In this document: in pieces, positions 8,877 through 17,612 of the stretch
Layout of the letters: each line of letters opens with the position of its first letter
How positions within the stretch are numbered: the stretch's first letter is position 1
DNA from: Phycisphaera mikurensis NBRC 102666
GTDB lineage: Bacteria > Planctomycetota > Phycisphaerae > Phycisphaerales > Phycisphaeraceae
Assembly (NCBI RefSeq): GCF_000284115.1
Contig: NC_017080.1
Span: 3,030,001-3,062,000, forward strand
Reading direction: 5' to 3'
Length of the DNA: 32,000 nt
Program-made: the position numbers and the translations under genes
Notes under the pieces: generated by a model
Databases searched by the model: none
Told to the model about the DNA's origin: nothing
Seen by the model: only the letters and a program-made list of their open reading frames with translations

Positions 8877-9125
8877 ATGTCTTCTTCTTCCAAGCTCCGC
8901 CGCCTCCGCGTCTTGGAGACGCACCAGCTCCCGGGCACGCTCCGCCGCCTCAGCGGCGATGCCGGCCTCGTGCTCGTGGGCCTGCTCGCCTGGTGGGCGC
9001 TGCCCTTCCAGCAGCCCGGCTCGGTCGCGATCGTCGCCGGGACGGTCAGCCTGCTGCTCGCGAGCGTGCTGCTGCTCAGCGGCCACAACGCGCGGCTCAC
9101 CCGGCGGGCTCTGGAGTCGACCTGA
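8877..9125 (+). CDS. Small predicted membrane protein, hypothetical
   Basis: 82-aa ORF with two hydrophobic helices (AGLVLVGLLAWWALPF; SVAIVAGTVSLLLASVLLLSG). Confidence 0.6.
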   Translation: MSSSSKLRRLRVLETHQLPGTLRRLSGDAGLVLVGLLAWWALPFQQPGSVAIVAGTVSLLLASVLLLSGHNARLTRRALEST

Positions 9126-9210
9126 GCGCCGGGGTTGGCGGGAGACTCCCGGCCGTCCCGTGCTCCCACCAGCGGTCTGCCCCGACGTGCGCCGTCAGGG
9201 CCGGGAAGCC

Positions 9211-10428
9211 TCACACGCCGCGGGTGCCGACGCTCGCTCCGCCGATGCGGTGCGGGGCGAGCCGCTTCCGGTCGAAGTCCACGCCGGTCCCGGGGGAGGT
9301 CGGCGCCACCGCCCGGCCCCCGACGAGGGTGACGGGGTCGAGGATCCACGCCTCGATGGGGAAGCTGTGCCACTCCATCCACCCGCCGTGCCGCTGGCTC
9401 GCGACGAGGCTGACGTGCAGCTCGTGCATGCCGTGCGAGCAGACGGGGATGCCGTGGCGCTCCGCGAGGGCGGCGACGCGGAGCCAGCCGGTGATGCCGC
9501 CGCAGTTCGAGGCGTCCGGCTGGATGTAGGAGAGCTTTGCCTGATCGAAGGCGTAGCCGAATTCATGGATCGTGTGGAGGTTCTCTCCCATCGCCAGCGG
9601 AACCCCGGTGGCGTCGGCGATCCGGGCGAACCCGAGGTAGTCGTCGGGCAGCGTGGGCTCCTCGAACCAGAGGATCCCCGACTCGGCGAACGCCCGGGCC
9701 GCGGCGATCGCGCGGTCGACGCTCATCGCGTAGTTCGCGTCCACCATGAAGGTGACGTCGTCGCCGATCGCGGCGCGGACCGCCCGCACCCGGTCCGCGT
9801 CGGTGGCGAGGTCGGGCAGGCCCACCTTGATCTTGACGCCCTCGAATCCACGCTCGACGGCCCCGGTGACGCTCCCGATGAGCTCGTCCCGCGTGAAGGC
9901 GAGGTCGATGCCGCCGTGATAGACGCGGCAGTCGCCCCGCTCGCCGCCGAGCAGCTCCCAAAGCGGCAGGCCCGCGCGGCGTGCCGCGAGGTCCCACAGC
10001 GCGATGTCCACGGCGGACGCGGCGAAGGCGGCGATGCCGCCGCGGCCCACGTAGTGCAGGTGCCACTCGATGAAGTCGCTGACGCCTTCGACGTCGAGAC
10101 CGTTCTTCCCGAGGAGAGCCTCGGCGAGGTCGTGCTCGAGCACGGCCGCGATCGCGTGCCCGCCCTTGCCGCCCGTGTAGGTGTAGCCGGTGCCGGTGGA
10201 GCCGTCGGCGAGGGTGATCGTGACCGTCACCAGCTCGAAGTGGGAGTGGCTGCCGTGCTTGGCGTCGACGAGGACGCGGGCCAGCGGCACCGCGTACAGA
10301 TCGATCGCCACGCCCCGGATCGCGAGCTTCTCGGCCCCTCCGCCCGACTGGGGCGATGCGGCGGCGGCGGCACGCTTCGGGAGGGCGCCGTTGCGGGCGG
10401 GCATCGGGGGCGTTTGGAGGGGTTGCAT
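9211..10428 (-). CDS. Enolase-superfamily (mandelate racemase/muconate lactonizing-like) enzyme; candidate 3,6-anhydro-L-galactonate cycloisomerase
   Basis: [13 protein letters not shown] (KxK), [74 protein letters not shown] are enolase-superfamily metal and catalytic motifs. The specific function is inferred from context. Confidence 0.85.
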   Translation of the reverse strand: MQPLQTPPMPARNGALPKRAAAAASPQSGGGAEKLAIRGVAIDLYAVPLARVLVDAKHGSHSHFELVTVTITLADGSTGTGYTYTGGKGGHAIAAVLEHDLAEALLGKNGLDVEGVSDFIEWHLHYVGRGGIAAFAASAVDIALWDLAARRAGLPLWELLGGERGDCRVYHGGIDLAFTRDELIGSVTGAVERGFEGVKIKVGLPDLATDADRVRAVRAAIGDDVTFMVDANYAMSVDRAIAAARAFAESGILWFEEPTLPDDYLGFARIADATGVPLAMGENLHTIHEFGYAFDQAKLSYIQPDASNCGGITGWLRVAALAERHGIPVCSHGMHELHVSLVASQRHGGWMEWHSFPIEAWILDPVTLVGGRAVAPTSPGTGVDFDRKRLAPHRIGGASVGTRGV

Positions 10429-10495
10429 GAGGATCCGTGGGCCCGAGAAGCGGCCGCCGCGGAACCGGGACGGGCTCAGCCAGCCGGACGTGCCA

Positions 10496-10507
10496 ATTGT
10501 TGACACT
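10496..10507 (-). promoter_or_regulatory. Operator-like palindrome, site 4 (plus strand ATTGTTGACACT)
   Basis: Matches the shared 12-mer; overlaps the promoter of the enolase-superfamily gene. Confidence 0.65.
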
Positions 10508-10532
10508 ATAGACGGCATCGGACCGCTGCCAA
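10505..10532 (-). promoter_or_regulatory. Putative sigma70-like promoter: -35 TTGGCA (10527-10532), 16-bp spacer, -10 TATAGT (10505-10510)
   Basis: Minus strand: TTGGCA-GCGGTCCGATGCCGTC-TATAGT followed by TGTCAACAAT. Confidence 0.55.
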
Positions 10533-10576
10533 GCGGGAGGCCCGCGGCCGGCGGGTTCCCGCCCGCAGCGGCTAAG

Positions 10577-10588
10577 GTTGTTGACAAT
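10577..10588 (+). promoter_or_regulatory. Operator-like palindrome, site 5 (GTTGTTGACAAT)
   Basis: Matches the shared 12-mer; 57 nt upstream of the aldehyde dehydrogenase ATG. Confidence 0.6.
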
Positions 10589-10590
10589 CC

Positions 10591-10620
10591 GCGGCGGCCG
10601 GCACCCCCCCCGGCCGCCGC
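10591..10620 (+). other. Perfect 11-bp GC-only stem-loop in the presumed 5' leader of the aldehyde dehydrogenase gene
   Basis: GCGGCGGCCGG (10591-10601), 8-nt C-rich loop, CCGGCCGCCGC (10610-10620). Confidence 0.6.
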
Positions 10621-10645
10621 CGCCCACCCTCCCGAGCCTCCTGCC

Positions 10646-12109
10646 ATGCCCGCAACCGCCCCCGACGTCACCGCCTACGCCTGCTTCCTCGACAACGGCT
10701 GGGTCCACGCCGACGGCGGGGCGACCACCGAGGTCCGCAACCCGGCCACCGGAGCCGTCTACGCGACGGTGCCGGCCTGCTCCAAGGCGCAGGCCGAGTC
10801 GGCGCTGGAATCCTCGGAGCGGGCCCAGCCGGGCTGGGCGGCGCTGCCCGCTCAGCAGCGGGCGTTGTACCTGCACAGGATCGTCGACGGCCTCCGGGCC
10901 GAGCGCGAGCACTTCGCGGGGTTGCTCGTGCAGGAGCAGGGCAAAACGCTGCCCGAGGCACGCGGAGAGGTCGACGACACGATGATGTACCTCACCTACG
11001 CCGCCGAGGCGGCGCGGCGGCTGGAGGGCAGCATCTTCCCGGCGGATCACCCGGACGAGTCGCTCTGGATCACCAAGGTTCCCTTCGGCGTCACCGTCGG
11101 CCTGTGCGCCTTCAACTACCCGCTGGCGCTGATCGGCCGGAAGGTCGGTCCGGCGCTGGTCACCGGCAACACGATGGTGCTCAAGCCGCACGAGGCGACG
11201 CCGGTGACGGCTTCGGAGTTCTGCCGCGTCGTCGAGGAGGCCGGCCTGCCCGCGGGCGTCATCAACATGGTCACCGGCGGCGTCTCGGAGGTCGCCTCGA
11301 CGCTGGTCTCCAGCCCCCGCACCCGCCTGGTCACCGTCACCGGCAGCATCCCCGCCGGGCGGGCGATCTACGCCGCGGGGGCCCAGAACATCACCGCGAT
11401 GTCGCTGGAACTCGGCGGCAAGGCGCCCTTCATCGTGCTCGACGACGTGGACATCGACCAAGTGGTCGAGGCCGCGGTCGTCTCGCGCTTCGCCAACTGC
11501 GGGCAGGTGTGCATCTGCAACGAGATGGTCCTCGTCCACGAGAGGATCGCGGACGAGTTCACCGAGAAGTTCCTCGCGCGGGCCGGCAAGCTGCGGGTGG
11601 GCGACCCCATGGCCGACGGCACCGACATGGGCCCCTACACGACGCCGCAGGGCGTCGAGAAGTTCGAGCAGGTCGTCGCCGCCAGCGTCGAGCAGGGCGC
11701 AGAGGTCGCGCTCGGCGGCAGGCGGGCGGCGGTCGACGGCTTCGAGGGCGGCTACTGGTTCGAGCCGACGGTGCTCGTGAACGCGACCCGCGACACACCG
11801 GCGGTGGAGCACGAGGTCTTCGGCCCGGTGCTGCCGATCGTCAAGATCTCCGGCTACGAAGAGGCCGAGGCGATGGTCAACGGCCGCGACGAGGGGCTCT
11901 CCGCTTACCTCTGGACGCAGAACCACCGCACGATCATGAAAGCGACCCGTGACCTCGAGGTCGGGACGGTCTTCGTCAACAAGGGCATCTGCGGATCGGT
12001 GCAGGGCTTCCACACCGGCCACAAGTGGAGCGGCCTCGGCGGCGAGGACGGCGTGCACGGCATCGAGGGCTACCTGCAGAAGCGCACGATCTACATGAAC
12101 TTCGCGTGA
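10646..12109 (+). CDS. NAD(P)-dependent aldehyde dehydrogenase; candidate 3,6-anhydro-L-galactose dehydrogenase
   Basis: ALDH motifs [64 protein letters not shown] (catalytic Cys), [12 protein letters not shown]. The substrate is inferred from context. Confidence 0.9.
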   Translation: MPATAPDVTAYACFLDNGWVHADGGATTEVRNPATGAVYATVPACSKAQAESALESSERAQPGWAALPAQQRALYLHRIVDGLRAEREHFAGLLVQEQGKTLPEARGEVDDTMMYLTYAAEAARRLEGSIFPADHPDESLWITKVPFGVTVGLCAFNYPLALIGRKVGPALVTGNTMVLKPHEATPVTASEFCRVVEEAGLPAGVINMVTGGVSEVASTLVSSPRTRLVTVTGSIPAGRAIYAAGAQNITAMSLELGGKAPFIVLDDVDIDQVVEAAVVSRFANCGQVCICNEMVLVHERIADEFTEKFLARAGKLRVGDPMADGTDMGPYTTPQGVEKFEQVVAASVEQGAEVALGGRRAAVDGFEGGYWFEPTVLVNATRDTPAVEHEVFGPVLPIVKISGYEEAEAMVNGRDEGLSAYLWTQNHRTIMKATRDLEVGTVFVNKGICGSVQGFHTGHKWSGLGGEDGVHGIEGYLQKRTIYMNFA

Positions 12110-12209
12110 GCGAGCACGCGGCGCGCGACGCCGCCGCCATCCCCCCCGAGGCTCCACCGAGCGGCCGCGCGTCGTCCCGCGGGCAAACCTCCCGCCTCGC
12201 CTCACCGCG

Positions 12210-12226
12210 GAGCGGAGCTTCCGCTC
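12210..12226. terminator. Possible hairpin between convergent genes (weak terminator candidate)
   Basis: GAGCGGA-GCT-TCCGCTC, 7-bp perfect stem between convergent ALDH and SDR genes; no T-tract and it touches the SDR stop codon. Confidence 0.3.
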
Positions 12227-12995
12227 AGCGACCCATCCACCCGCCATCGACCAGCAGGATCGTGCCGTGCACGTACGCCGCGGCGTCGGAGGCGAGGAAG
12301 ACGGCGGGCCCCTTGAAGTCTTCGGGGTCGCCCCACCGCCCCGCCGGGATCCGCGACAGGATCGACGCGCTGCGGTCGGGGTCGTTGCGCAGCGCCTCGG
12401 TGTTGTCGGTGCTGATGTAGCCGGGCGCGATTGCGTTGACGTTCACGCCGCGGCCGGCCCACTCGTTGGCCAGCGCCATCGTCAGCTGCCCGATGCCGCC
12501 CTTGCTCGCCGCGTAGCCGGGAACGGTCACGCCGCCTTGGAAGGTCAGCAGCGAGGCGGTGAAGATGATCTTGCCGCGGCCTCGCGTCAGCATCCCCCGG
12601 CCGATCTCGCGGCTGAGCACGAACTGCGAGGACAGGTTCACCTCGATGACCTTGTCCCAGTCGGCGTCGGGGTGCTCGGCGGCGGGCGTCCGGAGGATGG
12701 TGCCGGCGTTGTTGAGCAGGACGTCGATGGGCGGGTTGTCCGCCTGCACCTCGGCGGCGAAGGCGGTGAGCGCGGCCCGGTCGGCAAAGTCGCAGGCGTA
12801 GCCGCGGAAGCTCCGCCCCAGCGCCCGCACCTCTTCGCCGACCTCGCCGCCGTCGGCTTCGAGTGTGGCGCTCACGCCGAGAACGTCGGCGCCGGCCTCG
12901 GCCAAGCCGACGGCCATCGCGCGGCCGATGCCCCGCTTGCAGCCGGTCACGAGCGCCGTCCTGCCGGCCAGAGAGAAGGGGGAGGGGTGGGTCAT
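12225..12995 (-). CDS. Short-chain dehydrogenase/reductase, KduD / gluconate-5-dehydrogenase-like
   Basis: SLAGRTALVTGCKRGIGRAMAVGLAEAGADVLGV (TGxxxGIG), NNAG, GGVTVPGYAASKGGIGQLTMALANEWAGRGVNVNAIAPGYISTDNTEAL...FLASDAAAYVHGTILLVDGGWMGR. Confidence 0.88.
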   Translation of the reverse strand: MTHPSPFSLAGRTALVTGCKRGIGRAMAVGLAEAGADVLGVSATLEADGGEVGEEVRALGRSFRGYACDFADRAALTAFAAEVQADNPPIDVLLNNAGTILRTPAAEHPDADWDKVIEVNLSSQFVLSREIGRGMLTRGRGKIIFTASLLTFQGGVTVPGYAASKGGIGQLTMALANEWAGRGVNVNAIAPGYISTDNTEALRNDPDRSASILSRIPAGRWGDPEDFKGPAVFLASDAAAYVHGTILLVDGGWMGR

Positions 12996-13043
12996 GCGGG
13001 GCTCGGTCGGGACACGGGTCGGGCGGCGGGCGGCGGGGAAAGC

Positions 13044-14063
13044 TCAGCCGCGGCAGTCGATCAGGATCTTCATGTGGTCCGGGCTGTTAGACAGCGAATC
13101 AAAGGCTTCATCGACCCGCGTCAGCGGGTACTCCCCGGTCACCAGGGGGCTCGGGTCGATGGACCCGTCGGCCAGCATCGCGATCGCCCGGTCGTAGTCC
13201 TGGGGCTCGTAGACGCGGGTGCCGATGATCTTCAGCTCCTTCCAGAAGACCTGGAACAGGTCGACCTTCGCCGGCTCGGGCACGATCGCCACGACGACCA
13301 CCCGGCCGCGGACGCAGGCCAGGTGCGTCATCTGAGCGATGGCGGGCGCGGCACCGGAAACCTCGAAGACCACGTCCGCCAGCTCGCCGCCGTTGTGCTC
13401 TTTCACGAAGGCCGGCACGTCCTCGCTCACGGGGTTCACGCCGGCGACGCCCAGCGTTCTCGCCAGCTCCAGCCGCTTGGGGTTCACCTCCGAGAGGATC
13501 ACCTCCGCGCCGGTGGCCCGGGCGACCATGGCGATCAGCATCCCGATCGGCCCGCCGCCGAGCACCACCGCCGCCTCGCCCGCTCGCAGCCCGGCCATCC
13601 GCACGTCGTGGCAGGCCACCGCCAGCGGCTCGACGAAGGCCGCCATCTTCAGGTCCAGCCCCCCGGGCAGCTCGTGGACGAGGCCCGCCGGCACGGTCCA
13701 GCTGCCCTGGAAGGCGCCCGGCGAGTCGATGCCGATGAAGTTCAGGTTCGTGCACACGTGGCCGAAGCCCTTCCTGCAGGCGGCGCAGTCGCCGCAGGCG
13801 TCGAGCGGGCGGACCACCACGGCGTCGCCCGGCTCCACGCTCGTGACGCCCGGCCCCACCTCGGCCACGGTCGCGCTCGCCTCGTGCCCGATCACCTCGG
13901 GGAAGGCGACGCGCCGGTCCATGTGCCCCTTGAAGATGTGCAGGTCGGTGCCGCACACGCCGCAGAAGGCGACCTCCAAGCGGACCTGACCCTCCGCCGG
14001 CGCAATCGACTCGGTGTCCTGGATCTGAAACGACTTGTCGGCTTGGAGGAGCGCGGCGGGCAT
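13044..14063 (-). CDS. Zinc-dependent medium-chain dehydrogenase (sorbitol/threonine dehydrogenase-like)
   Basis: CGVCGTDLHIFKGHMDRRVAFPEVIGHEASATVAEVG, CGDCAACRKGFGHVC (structural Zn), AAVVLGGGPIGMLIAMVARATGA Rossmann motif. Confidence 0.88.
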   Translation of the reverse strand: MPAALLQADKSFQIQDTESIAPAEGQVRLEVAFCGVCGTDLHIFKGHMDRRVAFPEVIGHEASATVAEVGPGVTSVEPGDAVVVRPLDACGDCAACRKGFGHVCTNLNFIGIDSPGAFQGSWTVPAGLVHELPGGLDLKMAAFVEPLAVACHDVRMAGLRAGEAAVVLGGGPIGMLIAMVARATGAEVILSEVNPKRLELARTLGVAGVNPVSEDVPAFVKEHNGGELADVVFEVSGAAPAIAQMTHLACVRGRVVVVAIVPEPAKVDLFQVFWKELKIIGTRVYEPQDYDRAIAMLADGSIDPSPLVTGEYPLTRVDEAFDSLSNSPDHMKILIDCRG

Positions 14064-14105
14064 GGGGAGGCTCTGAAGTTGCGGTGAAGCTCGGCGGGAG
14101 CCCGC

Positions 14106-15158
14106 TCAGGCGTGAACGGGCACGTGGCTGGTGAAGCCGCGGATGTACTGCCATTTCCAGTCGGGCCCGTACTTGTGGCACAAGCCCCAGCGGACGCTGT
14201 TGAGCGGGTGGCCGTCGGGGTCGTCGCCTCGCCAGAGGCCGATCGCCTCGGGCCCGCCCTTGATGTGGGCCTTGATCTCGAAGTTGATCCCGTCCTCGGC
14301 GTACTGGAACGTGTTCCGCTCCACGCCGTCGGTGGTGAGCAGGCCGGCGATGCCGCCGCGGTACGGCCACACGCACACCTCGTGCCCGCTGTTGCTCACC
14401 GGGTTGTAGGGGCTCTTCTCGTAGGGCCCGGTGGGGTGGTCGGCGATGGCGACGCCCCAGGCGATCTCCCGCCCGCCGTAGGTCAGCTCCTCGCCCATGC
14501 GTTCGCCCTTGTAGTAGAGGTAGAACTTGCCCTGGAAGGGCAGGATGCACGGGTCGTGCGTCTTGTGGCTGTCGAAGCTGCCCTTGGAATGCACGTGGAA
14601 ACGGTTGTCTTCGTCGCCACGCCACTGCCCATCCTGCGCCGGCGAGAGCACGGGGCCGTCGACCTTCTCCCACGGCCCGAACGGCGAGTCGGCGACGGCC
14701 ATCGAGACGTGCTCGCACACGCGGTTGGTGTAGGGCGACTCCACCGTCTGGTAGACGAGGTAGTACTTGCCGCCGTGGGCCAGGATCTCCGGCGTGAAGA
14801 CCGAACGCTCGTCGTAGGCGCCCTTGGGCCCACGCCCGACGGCGAGGCCTTCCTCCTTCCACGTCTCGCCGTCGGGCGAGGTCGCATGCCAGACCTCGCA
14901 CTGGTCCCACGGGAAGACCTTCAGGCTCTCGTCCCCGGTGCCGAAGCCCGCGGAGGCGCCCTCGCCCCGCGTGTACCAGCAGTGGAAGACGCCATCGACC
15001 TTGATCAGGGCGCTGGGGTCGCGGCGGATGACGCCTTCCTCGTAGGCGAAGTCGCCTTGGAGGTCGTGCTCCTTGAACTCGCAGTACCACTCGGGGCCCT
15101 GCGTGTAAGCCAGCGCCCGCTTGGAGGCGGCGCTGAGGAACCGGGTGTCGTCGCTCAT
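14106..15158 (-). CDS. GH117-like alpha-1,3-(3,6-anhydro)-L-galactosidase / neoagarooligosaccharide hydrolase
   Basis: [29 protein letters not shown]...[21 protein letters not shown]...[23 protein letters not shown]...[27 protein letters not shown]...[22 protein letters not shown]...[32 protein letters not shown]. Five-bladed beta-propeller-like sequence resembling GH117; Met at 15158 chosen over 15218. Confidence 0.78.
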   Translation of the reverse strand: MSDDTRFLSAASKRALAYTQGPEWYCEFKEHDLQGDFAYEEGVIRRDPSALIKVDGVFHCWYTRGEGASAGFGTGDESLKVFPWDQCEVWHATSPDGETWKEEGLAVGRGPKGAYDERSVFTPEILAHGGKYYLVYQTVESPYTNRVCEHVSMAVADSPFGPWEKVDGPVLSPAQDGQWRGDEDNRFHVHSKGSFDSHKTHDPCILPFQGKFYLYYKGERMGEELTYGGREIAWGVAIADHPTGPYEKSPYNPVSNSGHEVCVWPYRGGIAGLLTTDGVERNTFQYAEDGINFEIKAHIKGGPEAIGLWRGDDPDGHPLNSVRWGLCHKYGPDWKWQYIRGFTSHVPVHA

Positions 15159-15207
15159 GTCGTGGATCTCCGGGAGGCCGCCGGGACGCGTGGCCCGCGC
15201 GGGGATC

Positions 15208-15219
15208 GATGTTAACAAT
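15208..15219 (-). promoter_or_regulatory. Operator-like palindrome, site 6 (ATTGTTAACATC on the minus strand)
   Basis: 10-bp core TGTTAACAAT on the plus strand; 50 nt upstream of the GH117-like gene. Confidence 0.55.
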
Positions 15220-15229
15220 CGACGCCGTG

Positions 15230-15275
15230 CCGCGGACCGCGGGCGTTTTTCGTCGAAACCGGCCGCGGTCCGCGG
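15230..15275. repeat. REP-like/terminator-like hairpin, copy C
   Basis: CCGCGGACCGC (15230-15240) pairs perfectly with GCGGTCCGCGG (15265-15275); lies between the GH117 promoter region and the pyk 3' end. Confidence 0.72.
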
Positions 15276-15366
15276 AGGCGGCGGCGGGCGCAGCTTGTGC
15301 GTCGGGCACCCGGGGACGCGTCGCTGCGCGACCTCTCGCGGCCCGATGCGGTGGTGCCGCGGCCTG

Positions 15367-16881
15367 CTAGGCCAGCGGCGCCCGCAGCTCGTGGATGCGG
15401 ATCTTGTTGGTGACCCCCGGGGTGCCGATCGGCTCGCCCTTCACCACCAGCACCGTCTCGCCCGCCTCGGCCCAGCCGCGGCCGACGATCGTGTCGTCGA
15501 TCGTGCGGATGAAGGACTCCGTGCCCGGCGGCGTCTCGACCAGCACCGGGTGGATGCCGTAGAGCAGCGTCATCTGCCGCTCCGCCCGCGGGCTCGAGGT
15601 GAAGGCGATGATCGGCCGACGCAGGCGGCAGTGCGAGAGGTAGCGGGCGCCGCCGCCGGTCTCGCTCCAGATCACCACGTAGCGCGGCTCGAGTTCCTCC
15701 ACGATGGCGGCGACGCCGCGGGCGATGGCCGCGGCGCGGTGGTCGCGCAAGCCCTCCGGCGCGGGCCGCTGCGTCGGCTTGAGGCCGCTCCGGGCCAGGT
15801 AGCCCTCGGCGATCCGGGCGGTGCGGGCCATCGTCTTGACGGTGATGACCGGGAACCGCCCCACCGCCGTCTCGCCGGAGAGCATGGTGGCGTCGGCGCC
15901 GTCGAGGATCGCGTTTGCGACGTCGCTCACCTCCGCCCGCGTCGGGGTCGGGGCCGAGATCATGCTCTCGAGCATCTGCGTCGCGACGATCACCGGGCGG
16001 CCCATCGTGTGGGCGTGCTTGACGATCTGCTTCTGCAGCACCGGCACCTCGGCCACGTCCATCTCCACACCCAGGTCGCCGCGGGCGACCATCACCCCGT
16101 CGCTGGCGGCAAGGATCGCGTCGAGCGCCTCGATCGCCTGCGGCTTCTCGATCTTCGCGATCACCGGCAGCCGCGTGCGGCTGTTCATCGTGCGGTTGTC
16201 GCGGCCGAGCGACTCGAGCAGGTCGAGCAGCTCGTCCACGTCGGCGGCCTTCCGCACGAAGGAGAGCGCCACGAAGTCGAGGTCGTTCTCGACCGCCCAC
16301 GCCGCGCACCGCCGGTCCCAGTCGGTCAACGCGGGGGCGGAGACTTCGGTGTCGGGCAGGTTGATGCCCTTGCTCGGCGAGAGCAGGTTCCCGTGGGTGA
16401 CGCGGCACAGGAGCGCCGGCCGGCCGTCGCCGTCGGGGTGGCTCGCCTCGCGACGCACCGTGGCGAGCATGCGGATCGCCCCGTCGTTGATGAGCACGCG
16501 GTGGCCGGGCTCGACCTCGGTGACGATCGGGTCGTAGGTCGTGCCCAGCCGGATCCGCCCGGGGGTGACGACCACCGCGTCGTCGTCGCCGGCGACGAAC
16601 TCGACGGTGTCGCCGGGGTTGAGCTCCAGCGAGCCGCCGGTCACGCCGCGGCAGCGGATCTTCGGGCCCGAGAGGTCGCCGAGGATGCCCACGGGGAGCT
16701 TGGTCGCGGCGATCCCCTCCCGCGCCGAGGCGAGCGTGCGGGCGAACTCGTCGAAGCCGCCGTGCGAGAAGTTCAACCGCAGCACGCGGACGCCCTCCTG
16801 GATCAGCTTGGCGACGTTGGTCGGGTCGGCGGTGGCCGGCCCGAGCGTGGCCAGCACCTTCGTCAGCACGAGGTCGCTCAT
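15367..16881 (-). CDS. pyk: Pyruvate kinase
   Basis: [158 protein letters not shown]. Confidence 0.97.
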   Translation of the reverse strand: MSDLVLTKVLATLGPATADPTNVAKLIQEGVRVLRLNFSHGGFDEFARTLASAREGIAATKLPVGILGDLSGPKIRCRGVTGGSLELNPGDTVEFVAGDDDAVVVTPGRIRLGTTYDPIVTEVEPGHRVLINDGAIRMLATVRREASHPDGDGRPALLCRVTHGNLLSPSKGINLPDTEVSAPALTDWDRRCAAWAVENDLDFVALSFVRKAADVDELLDLLESLGRDNRTMNSRTRLPVIAKIEKPQAIEALDAILAASDGVMVARGDLGVEMDVAEVPVLQKQIVKHAHTMGRPVIVATQMLESMISAPTPTRAEVSDVANAILDGADATMLSGETAVGRFPVITVKTMARTARIAEGYLARSGLKPTQRPAPEGLRDHRAAAIARGVAAIVEELEPRYVVIWSETGGGARYLSHCRLRRPIIAFTSSPRAERQMTLLYGIHPVLVETPPGTESFIRTIDDTIVGRGWAEAGETVLVVKGEPIGTPGVTNKIRIHELRAPLA

Positions 16882-16957
16882 GGAGTTCCTGGGGGCGTGG
16901 GTCGGCGCGACACGCTGTGCGGGTCGGCGTGGGAGCGAGCGGGCCGCGGCGGCGGAG

Positions 16958-16993
16958 TGTCGCGACGGTGTCGCGACGGGGTGGCACCCCGTC
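16958..16993. repeat. 11-bp tandem duplication TGTCGCGACGG x2 followed by palindrome GACGGGGTGGCACCCCGTC
   Basis: TGTCGCGACGG at 16958-16968 and 16969-16979; palindrome at 16975-16993 with 8-bp arms. Confidence 0.6.
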
Positions 16994-17029
16994 CCGGGGG
17001 ACGCTCCCGCCCCCTCGCCGGGGGCTCTG

Positions 17030-17566
17030 TCAGTTGAAGTCGCTGAGCAGGGGCATCGTGACGCCGGGCTGTCGCTCGATGACCACCGCAGACCACGGCG
17101 TCGTCGGGTCGCCCCCGACCGCCTCCTCGGGCCGGCGCACGTCGGCGGCCACGGTCAGCTCCGAACCGGTGCGGCGGACCGAGGTGATCTCCGCCGCGTA
17201 GCCGGGGCCGGGCTGCTCGCCCATCCCGAAGAAGACCACCGCCTCGTTGTCGAAGTCCGGCTTCAAAGCATCCGCCACCGGGCCGGGCAGCTCGTCGGGG
17301 TTCTCGATCAGGATCAGCGTGTACAAGGCCGGCGAACCGTTGGAGGCGGCCGTGCGGCGGAGGATCGGAACCTCCCGCGGGGTCGCGTCGGCGTCCGCCA
17401 CGCCCGCCGAAGCGGGGTCGCGGTGGGGGACGCCCTCCGCCGCCGGCGCGGGCGTCGATCCGCAGCCCGCCAGCGCTAGAGACACCGCGACCAGGCCCGA
17501 CGCGATCGCCGCGCGGCACGATGGTGCGAGGGAGGCGGCGGGTCGGGCGAGCGGGAGGCGGTGCAT
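17030..17566 (-). CDS. Predicted lipoprotein, possibly PrcB-like C-terminal domain
   Basis: Lipobox SLALAGCGS. C-terminus LYTLILIENPDEL...DFDNEAVVFFGMGEQPGPGYAAEITSVRRTGSELTVAADVRRP resembles PrcB_C (FxxxGxxxxxGYxxxI). Start uncertain (17566-17611). Confidence 0.6.
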   Translation of the reverse strand: MHRLPLARPAASLAPSCRAAIASGLVAVSLALAGCGSTPAPAAEGVPHRDPASAGVADADATPREVPILRRTAASNGSPALYTLILIENPDELPGPVADALKPDFDNEAVVFFGMGEQPGPGYAAEITSVRRTGSELTVAADVRRPEEAVGGDPTTPWSAVVIERQPGVTMPLLSDFN

Positions 17567-17612
17567 GCGCATGGGGAGTTTCACGGGTGCGGGCGGGACC
17601 TTCGGCGCCACC

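Noticed and set aside
10496-10588. TTGACA inside the 12-mer read as ordinary -35 boxes for the aldehyde dehydrogenase
   Set aside because: No -10-like hexamer lies 15-19 bp downstream on the plus strand at either site, and the dyad symmetry plus recurrence fits an operator better. Not fully excluded.
11968-11985. CGTCAACAAG resembling the operator
   Set aside because: Inside the ALDH coding sequence (VFVNKG), poor match to the flanking arm; probably coincidental.
9563-12247. 894-aa minus-strand ORF
   Set aside because: Antisense shadow of the ALDH and out of frame with the enolase-superfamily gene; low-complexity R/G/A-rich product with no recognisable motifs, while both real genes have clear family motifs.
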